From IMG/VR virus record IMGVR_UViG_3300049893_003686: a stretch of DNA of 64,000 bases; one strand, written 5' to 3'. How positions within the stretch are numbered: position 1 is the first letter of the stretch; each line of letters opens with the position of its first letter. The stretch is from a virus. The position numbers and the translations under genes are program-made. Of the stretch, positions 1 to 9,837 are shown piece after piece. A model generated the notes under the pieces. The model did no database searches. It saw only the letters and a program-made list of their open reading frames with translations, and was not told where the DNA came from.

Positions 1-160
1 GGGCTTCTAGGGCTTATAGGGCTTCTAGGGTTTCTTGGGCTTCTGAGGCTTCTGTGGCTTCTTGGGTTTCTGGGGCTTATAGGGCTTCTTGGGTTTCTGT
101 GGTTTCTGGGTTTTCGGTGGTTTATAGAGGTTATGTGGTCTCTATAGTAAGAGGCGGTAG

Positions 161-412
161 ATGATTTCTTATGCTGTAGTTTATTTTTATTCTGGGGCTT
201 CTAGGGCTTCTGGGGCTTCTGGGTCTTATAGGGCTTCTGGGTCTTATAGGGCTTCTTGTGTTTCTAGGGCTTCTTGGATTTCTAGGGTTTCTGGGGTTTC
301 TGTGGCTTCTGTGGTTTCTGGGGCTTCTTGGGCTTCTTGGGCTTCTGGCGCTTCTAGGGCTTCTAGGGTTTCTGGGGTTTCTTGGGTTTCTGGAGTAAGG
401 GGTGGTAGATGA
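161..412 (+). CDS. Array-A unit ORF. Low-complexity Gly/Ala/Ser-rich small protein ([12 protein letters not shown] + (G/R/W)(A/V)S repeats ... RGGR).
   Basis: SD-like AAGAGG sits 6-7 nt upstream of a conserved ATG in the linker. The stop TGA overlaps the next ATG (ATGA). Coding is uncertain because the 9-mer has no stop codon in any frame. Confidence 0.3.
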   Translation: MISYAVVYFYSGASRASGASGSYRASGSYRASCVSRASWISRVSGVSVASVVSGASWASWASGASRASRVSGVSWVSGVRGGR

Positions 413-678
413 TTTCTTATGCTGTAGTTTATTTGTATGGCGGGGCTTCTTGGGCCTCTAGGGCTTCTGGGGCTTCTAGGGCTTCTGGCGCTTCTGGGGC
501 TTCTGGGGCTTCTGGGGCTTCTGGGGCTTCTAGGGTTTCTAGGGTTTCTGGGACTTCTAGGGCTTCTTGGGCTTCTTGGGTTTCTAGGGCTTCTGGGGCT
601 TATAGGGTTTCTTGGGCTTCTGGGGCTTCTTGGGCTTCTGGAGGTTGTGCAACCTCTATAGTAAGGGGTAGTAGATGA
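409..678 (+). CDS. Array-A unit ORF (GAS-repeat small protein paralog).
   Basis: Same linker, SD and ATG as the 161-412 unit. ATGA overlaps at both ends. Confidence 0.3.
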   Translation: MISYAVVYLYGGASWASRASGASRASGASGASGASGASGASRVSRVSGTSRASWASWVSRASGAYRVSWASGASWASGGCATSIVRGSR

Positions 679-971
679 TTTCTTATGCTGTAGTTTATTT
701 TTATTCTGGGGCTTCTGGGGCTTCTTTGGTTTCTGGGGCTTCTAGGGCTTCTTGGATTTCTGGGGCTTCTAGGGCTTCTAGGGCTTCTAGGGCTTCTAGG
801 GCTTCTAGGATTTCTGAGGCTTCTGTGGCTTCTTGGGTTTCTGGGGCTTCTGGGGTTTCTGGGGCCTCTGGGGCCTCTGGGACTTCTAGGGTTTCTGGGG
901 CTTCTAGGGCTTCTTGGGTGTCTAGGGTTTCTTGGATTTCTAGGGCTTCTAGAGTAAGAGGCGGTAGATGA
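675..971 (+). CDS. Array-A unit ORF (GAS-repeat small protein paralog).
   Basis: Same architecture as 161-412. A fifth truncated start at 968 follows. Confidence 0.3.
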   Translation: MISYAVVYFYSGASGASLVSGASRASWISGASRASRASRASRASRISEASVASWVSGASGVSGASGASGTSRVSGASRASWVSRVSWISRASRVRGGR

Positions 972-1602
972 TTTCTTATGCTGTAGTTTATTTTTATGGT
1001 GAGGTTTCTGACGCTAACTCATATAGTAGGATATAAGGATCTATCTTTGACGCAGTAGCATCTACATCGGGATTACATCTTGATATAGCTGTTCGTGAGC
1101 ATAATTTTAATTTTCGCAAAGATCAATAGTTGCTAATAATATAGTTTATGATAAATAGCCTAAGTCTAATCCTTAATGTCTATCTATATAGAGATTTGCA
1201 ACAAACCTTATATCAAGGTCCGCAGTCAGTGGGTTATCGGTGTTTATGATTCTTCCCACTACATCATATAGACCTTATTACCAATATAGCTTAATTTAAA
1301 GCCCCGGATTGTAACTGGGAGATGCGAGCTTATATGCTCGCTATTGGTATTTGTAATTTACATATAATCGTATGCCAGTCGCACATACATCTGCTTATAG
1401 CACTTCGATATAATTATAGTTTATTCTGCTTAGAGGGCCATGTGATTACTTCATCACAGGCAGTCTAAAGCGATTTAAACCTTCTTGAAGAAAGCAATTA
1501 TATACACTAGAAAAATACCTAACCTAGATTAAGGAAGGGTAATTCCGTCAGAGGCAATTTTCTACTGCTATCGTATATGATTTTTATATCTCTACACTAG
1601 AA

Positions 1603-1715
1603 GGTTAATATCTTAGCGTCCAAGATATTAAATACTTTTGCGAAAAAACCGATCTATAAGATCACTGAGATCGCGGGGGAAAATATTCTTAGACAAATGC
1701 ATAGGGCGATCCGAG
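1603..1715. repeat. Direct repeat copy 1 (~113 bp) inside the ORF-free region. It contains the palindrome TTAATATCTT-agcgtcc-AAGATATTAA.
   Basis: Near-identical to 2173-2284. The few mismatches are atcactgag versus ataaccgag and one fewer G in copy 2. Confidence 0.85.
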
Positions 1716-2172
1716 TCTATACTTACTATTATTTCCTCAAGTAAATATATCCTAAGTACCCTATATAATTCTACGAGTTTATTCGACTAATGAGATTCTT
1801 CTTTTCGCGGCCAATAAATGGCACAGCCAGCTACTAGAAGCGCCTCATATTCGGTATAAACGCATTTTATAATAATAATTCTGAGCAACCCGCATAGGCC
1901 ATCTGGGCACCCATTTGGGTCTACTGTAATCATGTATATTTATAAGATTTTATCAAAGCCACTAGTGTGTGAAAAATATATTTGGGTTAATAAATTACTA
2001 ATCTACAATATCCTGCGGCAATTTTATAGTAGGCATCGCAGGTTGCAACATTTTCTATCTTGAAGATGGCGATAAGAATCCATTATATAGCGAGCGTTCT
2101 CACCAAGTGGAAATGTGTCACATCACATTAAGACAATCGTATATAGAGACATCCAGCAATAAATACCGCATA

Positions 2173-2284
2173 GGTTAATATCTTAGCGTCCAAGATATTA
2201 AATACTTTTGCGAAAAAACCGATCTATAAGATAACCGAGATCGCGGGGAAAATATTCTTAGACAAATGCATAGGGCGATCCGAG
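2173..2284. repeat. Direct repeat copy 2 (~112 bp), same element as 1603-1715.
   Basis: Direct sequence identity. Includes the 10-bp-arm palindrome at 2176-2202. Confidence 0.85.
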
Positions 2285-2615
2285 GATTGGATCTAACACT
2301 ACTAGATCTATTCTAATACAATAGATAGTAACTTTAATTCTCTATATGTTAACCATACTCTAAACTTAAGAGTAATTCTAATCTACCAATATCATGCCTT
2401 TGCTATAAGATCTCCGATATCTATCAAAGCTATAAGTGCGTAATAATTTTTATTAGGTTAATACATTATTAACATTAATATAAATAACTGCCTAAATTCT
2501 ACACCCTAAGTCGCATTTCTTCAGATAATTAACTACACATTAACTGTGTGGGCAGCATACAGATGAGTTTGGTAACAGCTAACCCTAAAAACCTATACGA
2601 CATCATAATATAGCT

Positions 2616-2846
2616 ATGGAGAGCGACGAGATGATTTCTTATACGGCAATTTATTGGTATGGTGAAGATTCTAATACTTATGGGGTTTCTAGGGTTTCTG
2701 GGGATTATAGGGCTTCTTGGGCTTCTGGGACTTCTTGGGATTCTGCGGCTTCTAGTGTTTCTAGGGCTTCTAAGGTTTATAGGGCTTCTTGGGTTTCTGG
2801 GGTTTTTTGGGGTTATGTAATCTCCAGAGCAAGGAGTGGTCAATGA
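2616..2846 (+). CDS. Array-B unit ORF (Gly/Ser/Ala/Val-rich low-complexity small protein).
   Basis: Conserved linker ATG (2631, or upstream ATG at 2616). TGA overlaps the next ATG at 2843-2846. Confidence 0.3.
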   Translation: MESDEMISYTAIYWYGEDSNTYGVSRVSGDYRASWASGTSWDSAASSVSRASKVYRASWVSGVFWGYVISRARSGQ

Positions 2847-3031
2847 TCTCTCATGCGACAGTTTATCTTTATGGTGGAGCTTATTGGACTTCTAAGGCTT
2901 CTAAGGCTTCTGGGATTTCTAAGGCCTCTTGGATTTCTAAGGCTTCTGGGGTTTCTAGGGTTTCTATGGCTTCTAGGGCTTCTGGGGGTTATGGGAGCTA
3001 TATAGTCTCCAGAGCAAGAGGTGGTAGATGA
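2843..3031 (+). CDS. Array-B unit ORF ([12 protein letters not shown] + (K/R)AS repeats).
   Basis: ATGA overlaps at both ends. SD-like AAGGAGTGG upstream. Confidence 0.3.
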   Translation: MISHATVYLYGGAYWTSKASKASGISKASWISKASGVSRVSMASRASGGYGSYIVSRARGGR

Positions 3032-3279
3032 TTTCTCATGTGGGAGTTTATTTTTATTCTGTGGCTTCTTTGGTTTCTGGGGCTTCTTTGGTTTCTAGGG
3101 CCTCTAGGGCTTCTAGGGCTTCTAGGGCTTCTGTGGCTTCTGGGGCTTCTGGGGCTTTTAGGATTTCTGGGGTTTCTGGGGCTTCTTTGGTTTCTATGAC
3201 TTCTGGGGTTTCTGGGGCTTCTGGGGTTTCTGGGGCTTCTGGGGTTTCTGGGGTTTCTGGGGCAAGAGGTGGCAGATGA
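3028..3279 (+). CDS. Array-B unit ORF ([11 protein letters not shown] + GAS/GVS repeats).
   Basis: ATGA overlaps at both ends. Confidence 0.3.
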   Translation: MISHVGVYFYSVASLVSGASLVSRASRASRASRASVASGASGAFRISGVSGASLVSMTSGVSGASGVSGASGVSGVSGARGGR

Positions 3280-3551
3280 TTTCTCATGTGGGAGTTTATT
3301 TTTATTCTGGGGCTTCTTGGGTTTCTTGGGTTTCTGGGGTTTCTGTGACTTCTTGGGTTTCTAGGGTTTCTGGGGTTTCTGGGGTTTCTGTGACTTCTGG
3401 GGTTTCTGGGGTTTCTGGGGCTTCTGGGGTTTCTAGGGCTTCTAAGGCCTCTATGGTTTCTGGGGCAAGAGGTGGTAGATTATTTCTCATGTGGGAGTTT
3501 ATTGGTACGGCGAGGTTACTGGAGCGGACCTATTCGTATAGGAATAGATAA
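3276..3551 (+). CDS. Array-B terminal unit ORF, which reads out into unique sequence.
   Basis: Begins with an ATGA overlap. The next linker is mutated (ATTA), so the ORF continues into unique sequence. Confidence 0.25.
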   Translation: MISHVGVYFYSGASWVSWVSGVSVTSWVSRVSGVSGVSVTSGVSGVSGASGVSRASKASMVSGARGGRLFLMWEFIGTARLLERTYSYRNR

Positions 3552-3589
3552 TTTAAGTATAAAGCAATATACTTCACATAGAGAGTGAC

Positions 3590-4078
3590 ATGAATATCTT
3601 CCTAGTAGATACTGATCCAATTAAAGCAGCACAAGCGTTATGCGACAAACATTGTATCAAAATGATTCTAGAAACAGCACAATTGCTATCAACATCAGTA
3701 TACCTCACAAAAGGAGATTTAACAGGGCTGTATAAGCCAACCCATTTAGCACATCCATGTACTAAGTGGGCCTCAGAGTCTAAGATTAATTTTAATTGGC
3801 TAAAGAACCATGGATTAGGCCTTCTGTCGGAATATACGTTTCGATATCGAAAAGAGCATAAGTCAACACAGATAATATTAAAATGCACTAATGAATCTCT
3901 ACCAGACTTACCTGCTACAGATTTTGTTCAGGTAATGCCAGAGGTATATAGACGACCAGATCCTACAGAAGCATATAGGGCTTATTATAATAGTGCAAAG
4001 TATATGATGGCCACGTGGACAAGGCGGCAGCCTCCAGAATGGTGGTGCTCACAATTGTACGTAGAAAAGCACGAATAA
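3590..4078 (+). CDS. Hypothetical protein (conserved-looking N-terminus MNIFLVDTDPIKAAQALCDKHCIKMILETAQLL).
   Basis: 162-aa ORF, the first ordinary gene after the repeat region. No motif could be assigned confidently. Confidence 0.55.
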   Translation: MNIFLVDTDPIKAAQALCDKHCIKMILETAQLLSTSVYLTKGDLTGLYKPTHLAHPCTKWASESKINFNWLKNHGLGLLSEYTFRYRKEHKSTQIILKCTNESLPDLPATDFVQVMPEVYRRPDPTEAYRAYYNSAKYMMATWTRRQPPEWWCSQLYVEKHE

Positions 4079-4114
4079 AGATAATCTATTATAAAATAAT
4101 ATTGAGGAGAATAG

Positions 4115-4477
4115 ATGCAGCCATCAGATATGATAATTAATCAAAAAGACTGCAGAGGGCTATTCGAGCAGCTGATCACATCGCAACCCTATGCTTTGAT
4201 AGATAAAATAAAGCTAGGTGAATTATCCAATGCGCGTATGGGAGAAGCGCTGGAGATAATAGGTCAGCTTAATTACGAATTGATACATGATATCTATGCC
4301 AATTTAGTAAATCATCATAACTCATTGGTACGTGGTGGCATAGTTTGCGGACTAGCCCTACATTCAGAAAATGTACAAGCTAGGCAATTACTTAAACAGA
4401 TGGCTGACTCAGATCCATCAGAGACAATACGATACGCTGCCGGACAAATATATTTCGAACATAGGTCAGTAAAATGA
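4115..4477 (+). CDS. Hypothetical protein, HEAT/PBS-lyase-like helical repeat.
   Basis: 120-aa ORF. The segment VRGGIVCGLALHSENVQARQLLKQMADSDPSETIRYAAG resembles a HEAT-like repeat. RBS GAGGAG upstream. Confidence 0.45.
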   Translation: MQPSDMIINQKDCRGLFEQLITSQPYALIDKIKLGELSNARMGEALEIIGQLNYELIHDIYANLVNHHNSLVRGGIVCGLALHSENVQARQLLKQMADSDPSETIRYAAGQIYFEHRSVK

Positions 4478-4965
4478 TGCAGCATGTAGTTATCCATGAA
4501 GGGTCACTCCTTGATTCTAAGGATCAGTACTTGGCCCACCAGACAAACTGCATTTCAAAAAGAGCAGCACACCTAGCAGATGAGGTATTTGCTAAATATC
4601 CATATGCGAACGTTTATTCCAAACGCACATCTCAGGATGAACCAGGAACAATCATCATTAGCGGTAACGGCAACGATGAAAGATACGTCATCAATATGAT
4701 GGGGCAGGTCTATCCAGGCAAACCTAAGTATAGCGAGAGTGCCACTGATGGGTACAGAGCCCGATATAGATATTTTTTTCTATGCCTAAAAGCTATATCT
4801 AAAATAGATAATTTGCAAAGTATTGCATTTCCATGGCAGATAGGCTGTGGCGCAGCAGGTGGCAACTGGGAAGATTACTATAATTTACTAAATAAATTCG
4901 CGAAACATTTATCAGGTAAAGTAGAAGTAAAGATATATAGACTCCCAGATGATGATCATATATAA
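4474..4965 (+). CDS. Macro-domain-like protein (Poa1/ADP-ribose-processing family candidate).
   Basis: ATGATG overlaps the previous stop. The pattern LAHQTNCISKRAAHLADEVFAKYPYAN resembles the macro (Poa1p-like) core. Sits beside NAD salvage genes. Confidence 0.4.
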   Translation: MMQHVVIHEGSLLDSKDQYLAHQTNCISKRAAHLADEVFAKYPYANVYSKRTSQDEPGTIIISGNGNDERYVINMMGQVYPGKPKYSESATDGYRARYRYFFLCLKAISKIDNLQSIAFPWQIGCGAAGGNWEDYYNLLNKFAKHLSGKVEVKIYRLPDDDHI

Positions 4966-4988
4966 TTTGTTATAACAAAGGTAAATTC

Positions 4989-5387
4989 ATGAAACAAATG
5001 GCAAGTCCTGGATGGAAGAACAAATCAGGTTACTATATCATAGAAAGAGAGGAATGGCGAGCAGAAATATATCCAAGCTCCAATAATTATGCCTGGCGTC
5101 TAGATCGTGCAGGATATACCCGATTCTCGGGAGAAGATAATAATTTAGAAGAGATTAAAAGAAATTTAGAATTAATACTAGGATATAGATTTCTTGTTAA
5201 AGAAGAGATTGTTATTGATAAATATTGCACATGTGGCGGATGCGCAAGATTTACTGGTCGATGGCAAGTACTTGACTGTATGGGCGAGGAAGAGCCGATC
5301 TTTCAGAGTGAGGATGATGCATTAGCTTGGATAGCCAATCAAGACATGAAGCACGAAATAGCTAATCTGGCACACAAAATGCAATAA
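4989..5387 (+). CDS. Hypothetical protein.
   Basis: 132-aa ORF in consistent orientation. Contains the Cys motif CTCGGCARFTGRWQVLDC. Confidence 0.5.
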   Translation: MKQMASPGWKNKSGYYIIEREEWRAEIYPSSNNYAWRLDRAGYTRFSGEDNNLEEIKRNLELILGYRFLVKEEIVIDKYCTCGGCARFTGRWQVLDCMGEEEPIFQSEDDALAWIANQDMKHEIANLAHKMQ

Positions 5388-5457
5388 TCTGTACATGTGA
5401 TACTCATATTAGCTTAACTTAATATTTGCATATCAGGATATATGTGGAGAACATAAC

Positions 5458-5697
5458 ATGTTATTTACGATAGGAAATAGAGAATTTGAATTTGCTAGAC
5501 AAACTTCTGAAATAGGCAAGCTCTTCTGTGGTATGTATAATACCGAGACTGATGCGTATATAGGGGTACATTTCTTTGTATCAAAACCGACTCATAAGTA
5601 TTGGGGATTTCAGCAAGATGAGTTGGGCGGAACTTTAATGAAGCAATTTGGATTAGGTCCAATAGCATTATTTGTGTGGGTGGCATATGGCGAATAA
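5458..5697 (+). CDS. Hypothetical small protein.
   Basis: 79-aa ORF. RBS GGAGAA upstream. Confidence 0.4.
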   Translation: MLFTIGNREFEFARQTSEIGKLFCGMYNTETDAYIGVHFFVSKPTHKYWGFQQDELGGTLMKQFGLGPIALFVWVAYGE

Positions 5698-6133
5698 AAA
5701 TAGCTTGAGAGTAGCACATAAAGGGTTGGCCTATCATGAAATGACTTCAGATGTTTATGATGGTCCAAGATCTATAAGTGACCGAAAATGGTGGAAGCGA
5801 TATGCCGCGAAGCGCAAAAGACGCACTGAAGATAATGAAATTGTAGAACAGATTGGCAAGTAAGACCTGTACCACAAGTCTCTTAATACTAAGAGACGTA
5901 TGATAGAGAAATTAGGATGGATATAAATAAACGAAATTTAGAGGATGCTGGCGATCACATAGAAGCACACTTTTTGCTCAGAGCGTGGTTATCACGAACT
6001 ATGGTAAGTATTATATATGCTTAGGCTATACTGACAGTTAATTATAGTAATTATTATTGCCTTTACTTACCTCGTATAACGCATCATCAGAGATAATACG
6101 CGGTAACTGAAATCTTATTACTAGAGATTTTAT

Positions 6134-7243
6134 ATGCATGATGAAATCAATGTTGGAGTTGTAATCGGAAGATTCCAACCTCTACACATCTGTCACCTCT
6201 CAGAGGCGATCTTGCCCGCCCTAGATGAATCAGACACATTAATCATTCTTCTCGGATCATCGCACAGACCAAGTACACCTAAAAATCCATGGACGGACTC
6301 TGATAGGGCGGAGATGATTCATCTTGGCCTAAAAGACGCAGGGATGACCGTAGAGGCATATGGAAATTGGTTATTAAAGATAGGTGCGAGTGACACTACT
6401 CAAAAGACGGTATATATTGTTCCAATAAGAGACTTTGCTTATTCAGATATTCAGTGGCAGATGCAAGTGCAGGAGAAAGTAAGAGAGATCGTTTCATCCT
6501 GCTCAAATCTCGATAGCAAATATGAATCTGCAAAAATTAATCTATTTGGAGTAGATCGTGATGATACCACATTCTACCTTAAATTATTTCCTCAATGGAT
6601 AGATAAAACAACTAAGCGGGATAAGAGCTCCGATCAAGTTAAGGGCACAATGTGCAGAGAGCTGATTTTTGCTAGCGGCGCAAAAGGTCATGGGGAGTGG
6701 GGAAAGTACTTGTCACCCCAGGTATCAGAATTCATATTAAATTGGTGTAACTCAATATCATTTTCATCACTTAAAGAAGAGTTTGATTTTCTCAAACGAT
6801 ATAAGGCAGACTTATCTGGATATAAATATCCAATTATATTTCAAACAGTAGATAATATTATTCTATATAAGGGGCACGTCTTCTTGCTAAATAGGAGGAG
6901 TTTCCCTGGAAAAGGATTGCTATCTTTACCGGGCGGGTTTATAGATTCCAGTCTAACTCTACTTCAGAGCGCGCTATCTATAGCCAAAGAGAAAAGTAAA
7001 CTTAATCTTAAATTAGACTGGCTTGTAGCAAGCAAGACTTTCGATTATCCCGGACGCTCACTAAGAGGCAGGACTATCACTACAGCATTTCTCTGGAAAT
7101 TACCCGAGACAATGAATGTAATAGTTGCAGGGGCAAATAAAGAACACTGGTATCAGCTATGCGATATCATGAAAATGAGTGATTTCTTATATGAAGATCA
7201 CTATGATATCATAATTGATATGCTACAGCTTAGCAAGACATAA
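6134..7243 (+). CDS. nadM: Bifunctional NMN adenylyltransferase (NadM-type) with a C-terminal Nudix-like domain (NatV-like).
   Basis: N-terminal GRFQPLHICH motif of the (H/T)xGH nucleotidyltransferase class (archaeal-type NMNAT). C-terminal LPGGFIDSS...EK segment is a degenerate Nudix box. Adjacent to NadV. Confidence 0.65.
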   Translation: MHDEINVGVVIGRFQPLHICHLSEAILPALDESDTLIILLGSSHRPSTPKNPWTDSDRAEMIHLGLKDAGMTVEAYGNWLLKIGASDTTQKTVYIVPIRDFAYSDIQWQMQVQEKVREIVSSCSNLDSKYESAKINLFGVDRDDTTFYLKLFPQWIDKTTKRDKSSDQVKGTMCRELIFASGAKGHGEWGKYLSPQVSEFILNWCNSISFSSLKEEFDFLKRYKADLSGYKYPIIFQTVDNIILYKGHVFLLNRRSFPGKGLLSLPGGFIDSSLTLLQSALSIAKEKSKLNLKLDWLVASKTFDYPGRSLRGRTITTAFLWKLPETMNVIVAGANKEHWYQLCDIMKMSDFLYEDHYDIIIDMLQLSKT

Positions 7244-7287
7244 GTCGATATACGACGCATATAACTTATTTTCGGAGGAATATACCA

Positions 7288-8768
7288 TGGAATTTTCAAA
7301 ATTTCTACATACTGACAGTTATAAATTAGCTCACTTCGAGCAATATCCAGCAGCCAAGAAGATGGTTGCTTATGGTGAATTTCGCAAGCCGTATCCTAAT
7401 ATTAAAGATGAGCGAATTGTTGTATACGGCATACAGTATTTAGTAGATAAATTTTTAAACAAACAGTGGACGGTAGAAGAACTTAATGCCGCATCACAAT
7501 TTGCCAGCAAACATAATGCTGGTTTAAAAGAATACCCATTTCCTCGGAAATTATTTACCGACATGATTGCTGAAAATAACGGATACTTTCCAGTTAAGGT
7601 AGAGGCTGTTCCGGACGGAACAGTGGTATACCCACATGTGCCAGTGTATCAGATTACAGCAGAGGGGAAGTATTCGGGTCTGGTAACATACATCGAAAGT
7701 TTTCTGTCGCACTTATGGTATTCAACTACTGTAGCAACTCTTTCACGACATACTAAAACACTTATCAAAAATGCGTTCGATCTTACTGTAGATGATAATA
7801 TGAGGTGGTTACTTGGGAGTCGATTGCATGATTTTGGTTATCGAGGCTGTGCGTCTGATGAGCAGGCTATGATCGGAGGTGCCGCACACCTACTTAATTT
7901 TGATGGTACAGATACGATGCTAGCTGCTGCATATGCACACTATCAAAATAATGGAGAAGAATTTGCACAAAGTATTCCAGCTACAGAGCATTCGGTAATG
8001 ACATCATGGCCATCAGAAGTTGATGCAGTTCGAAATATGATCCACCACTACGGAGATGGTGTATTTGCCTGTGTAGCTGATAGCTATGACTATAAGCACT
8101 TTCTTCATCATGTATTGCCAGCAGTAGCAGCTGATGTGCAGGCTAAGGGCGGCACAATGGTAATTAGACCAGACTCTGGCGATCCACTTAAATCAGTGAT
8201 AGACGGACTCTATGCTTGTCAAAGATATTTTGGAATATCCTATAATAAAAAGGGATTTAAGGTACTGAACAATAGCGCAATAATTCAAGGTGACGGCATT
8301 AATATAGAGATAGTTGATAACATACTTACTGAGGTTATTAATAATGGATTCAGCGCACAGAACGTAGCCTTCGGCATGGGCGCCGGCCTATTACATAAAC
8401 ATAATAGAGATACTATGAGTTTTGCCACTAAGTTATCATATATTGAATATGCAGATGGGACAAGTAGGAACATTATGAAGGCACCTAAAACGGATCCGGA
8501 GAAGTACTCACTACCTGGTATACTTAAGGTAATTAATGATGACCTATTGAAGGTTGGAACAGAAGAAGATCGTGGTAATAACTTGCTGATAACAGTGTAT
8601 GATGGCAGACCAGTAGATTTTAAAGAGAAATTTTCTAACATCCGCGCTAAGGTAGAACATCAATGGAATCTCTTACCGCCTAAAGTAGAAAACCTATTTA
8701 CAGATAAGTTAAAGATGAAGATAAATGAGACAATCTTTAACTTAAGAAATAGCACGTCCAAATCCTAA
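7288..8768 (+). CDS. nadV: Nicotinamide phosphoribosyltransferase (NAMPT/NadV).
   Basis: TDSYKLAHFEQYP and DFGYRGCASDEQAMIGGAAHLLNFDGTDT closely match the NAMPT signature (DSYK..., FGYRGVSS...HLVNFKGTDT). RBS GGAGGA lies 8 nt upstream of ATG 7288. The longer ORF from 7215 overlaps the upstream gene. Confidence 0.9.
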
Positions 8769-8812
8769 AATAGTATTTAGGAATAAATTTCACCATCTCA
8801 ATAAAAAATCTT

Positions 8813-9016
8813 ATGATAACAAGATTAAAACAAAGTCTGAATTTGATTTTAAAAAAACTATCACAGGAGCATAAATCTTCTTTAGATTATGATATTCCTG
8901 AGTTAAATACAATATGCTGGAAATCCCCAGCGTATCCAACTCAAATTCATAAAGAAATACAGTTATTTGATAATGATATAATTAAATGGGAGAGGTATTT
9001 CCCAAGAGTGGAGTAG
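8813..9016 (+). CDS. Hypothetical small protein.
   Basis: 67-aa ORF. Confidence 0.35.
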   Translation: MITRLKQSLNLILKKLSQEHKSSLDYDIPELNTICWKSPAYPTQIHKEIQLFDNDIIKWERYFPRVE

Positions 9017-9168
9017 AATTAAGATGGCTAATATAATATATAGATTATTGCTGATTATGGCAGTACCAGCATTAATATTTGGATTATTCACTAAATGCTG
9101 GGCACCACTCAATATCTATAGAAAGTGTATACTTGTGAATTTTGAATAAAGTTATTAAGGATTAGTAT

Positions 9169-9417
9169 ATGGAAAGAACGCAAATACAAGAAAGGCTCAG
9201 GTTATTAACGGAACGACAGACACTTTTAAGAGAATATTTGATGCGTCCACTGCAAGTGGCTAAAGATAAATCAAAATTATCAATAGTTGATATTAAGAAG
9301 CATCAGGTCTTACCACAACACCTATGGAAAGAAATGCAACTGCAATATTTTAAAACCTCAAAGGAAATTGAAACACTTACTGCTCAAATTGTCGATCACG
9401 GTCAAAATAAAATATGA
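9169..9417 (+). CDS. Hypothetical protein.
   Basis: 82-aa ORF. RBS AAGGA upstream. ATGA overlaps the next ORF. Confidence 0.45.
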   Translation: MERTQIQERLRLLTERQTLLREYLMRPLQVAKDKSKLSIVDIKKHQVLPQHLWKEMQLQYFKTSKEIETLTAQIVDHGQNKI

Positions 9418-9809
9418 TACCGACTACGCTAAATACTTTAGAACAAGCACTTACAACTGGATTTTGGGAAGACCTTTTAGAGGTTTTACTTAAGCTTAAA
9501 GCTGATAAACAAGAATTGCCTAAGCAATTTAGAGGAGTGAAGAATATATATAAGGCTAAGGACCTCAAAGGGCTCTGTTTTGATCGATTAGGTGATGATC
9601 CAGATTGTGAATGGATTTTAGATGATAGACTATGGGGAGTTTTTCAAAAGCATAAAATTACAGGATACTTCGCCCATCTCGATGATAGCACGACTACATA
9701 TATTGGAACTTACTTCATGGAAGGATATGCATATAAAGCAGATGTGCTTCATAAAATGGATATGAATATTGTAGTGCGAGCGGCAGAGGAATTAAAACCT
9801 AAGGTATAA
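9414..9809 (+). CDS. Hypothetical protein.
   Basis: 131-aa ORF that begins with an ATGA overlap. Confidence 0.5.
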   Translation: MIPTTLNTLEQALTTGFWEDLLEVLLKLKADKQELPKQFRGVKNIYKAKDLKGLCFDRLGDDPDCEWILDDRLWGVFQKHKITGYFAHLDDSTTTYIGTYFMEGYAYKADVLHKMDMNIVVRAAEELKPKV

Positions 9810-9837
9810 TTCATACTTGCGGGAAGCAAAGACACTG

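Larger units (their letters stand above)
1..1003. repeat. Higher-order tandem repeat array A. About 4.5 units of ~250-265 bp. Each unit is about 22-27 copies of a 9-bp repeat (consensus GGGGCTTCT, with variants GGGGTTTCT, AGGGCTTCT, TGGGCTTCT) plus a conserved ~50-bp linker AGTAAGRGGYGGTAGATGATTTCTTATGCTGTAGTTTATTTTTAT.
   Basis: Directly visible. Linkers lie at about 146-200, 395-445, 660-710 and 955-1005. The 9-mer keeps period 9 throughout. Confidence 0.9.
2616..3520. repeat. Higher-order tandem repeat array B. Four units of the same architecture as array A (more degenerate 9-mers plus a conserved linker ...AGAGCAAGAGGTGGTAGATGATTTCTCATGTGGGAGTTTATTTTTAT).
   Basis: Linkers lie at about 2620-2660, 2825-2880, 3010-3060, 3258-3305 and 3465-3515. 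The last linker has ATGA mutated to ATTA, which ends the array. Confidence 0.9.

Noticed and set aside
437-661. Alternate-frame ORF (GLL-repeat, 74 aa) inside array A
   Set aside because: It is an artefact of the stop-free 9-mer repeat. It has no start context and sits inside the 409-678 unit.
3054-3490. Minus-strand ORFs encoding PEAPETPE-type repeat proteins (3054-3287, 3302-3490) as the real genes of array B
   Set aside because: The minus-strand ATG ([11 protein letters not shown]) exists only in array B. In array A the corresponding linker reads TTCTTATG with no minus ATG. The + strand has a conserved SD+ATG and ATGA coupling in all units. The 9-mer is stop-free in all frames, so either reading is weakly supported; the + strand was preferred.
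1-3520. Possible CRISPR array in the repeat-rich 5' region
   Set aside because: The repeats are contiguous 9-mers with no unique spacers. Units are separated only by a conserved 50-bp linker. No cas genes are present.
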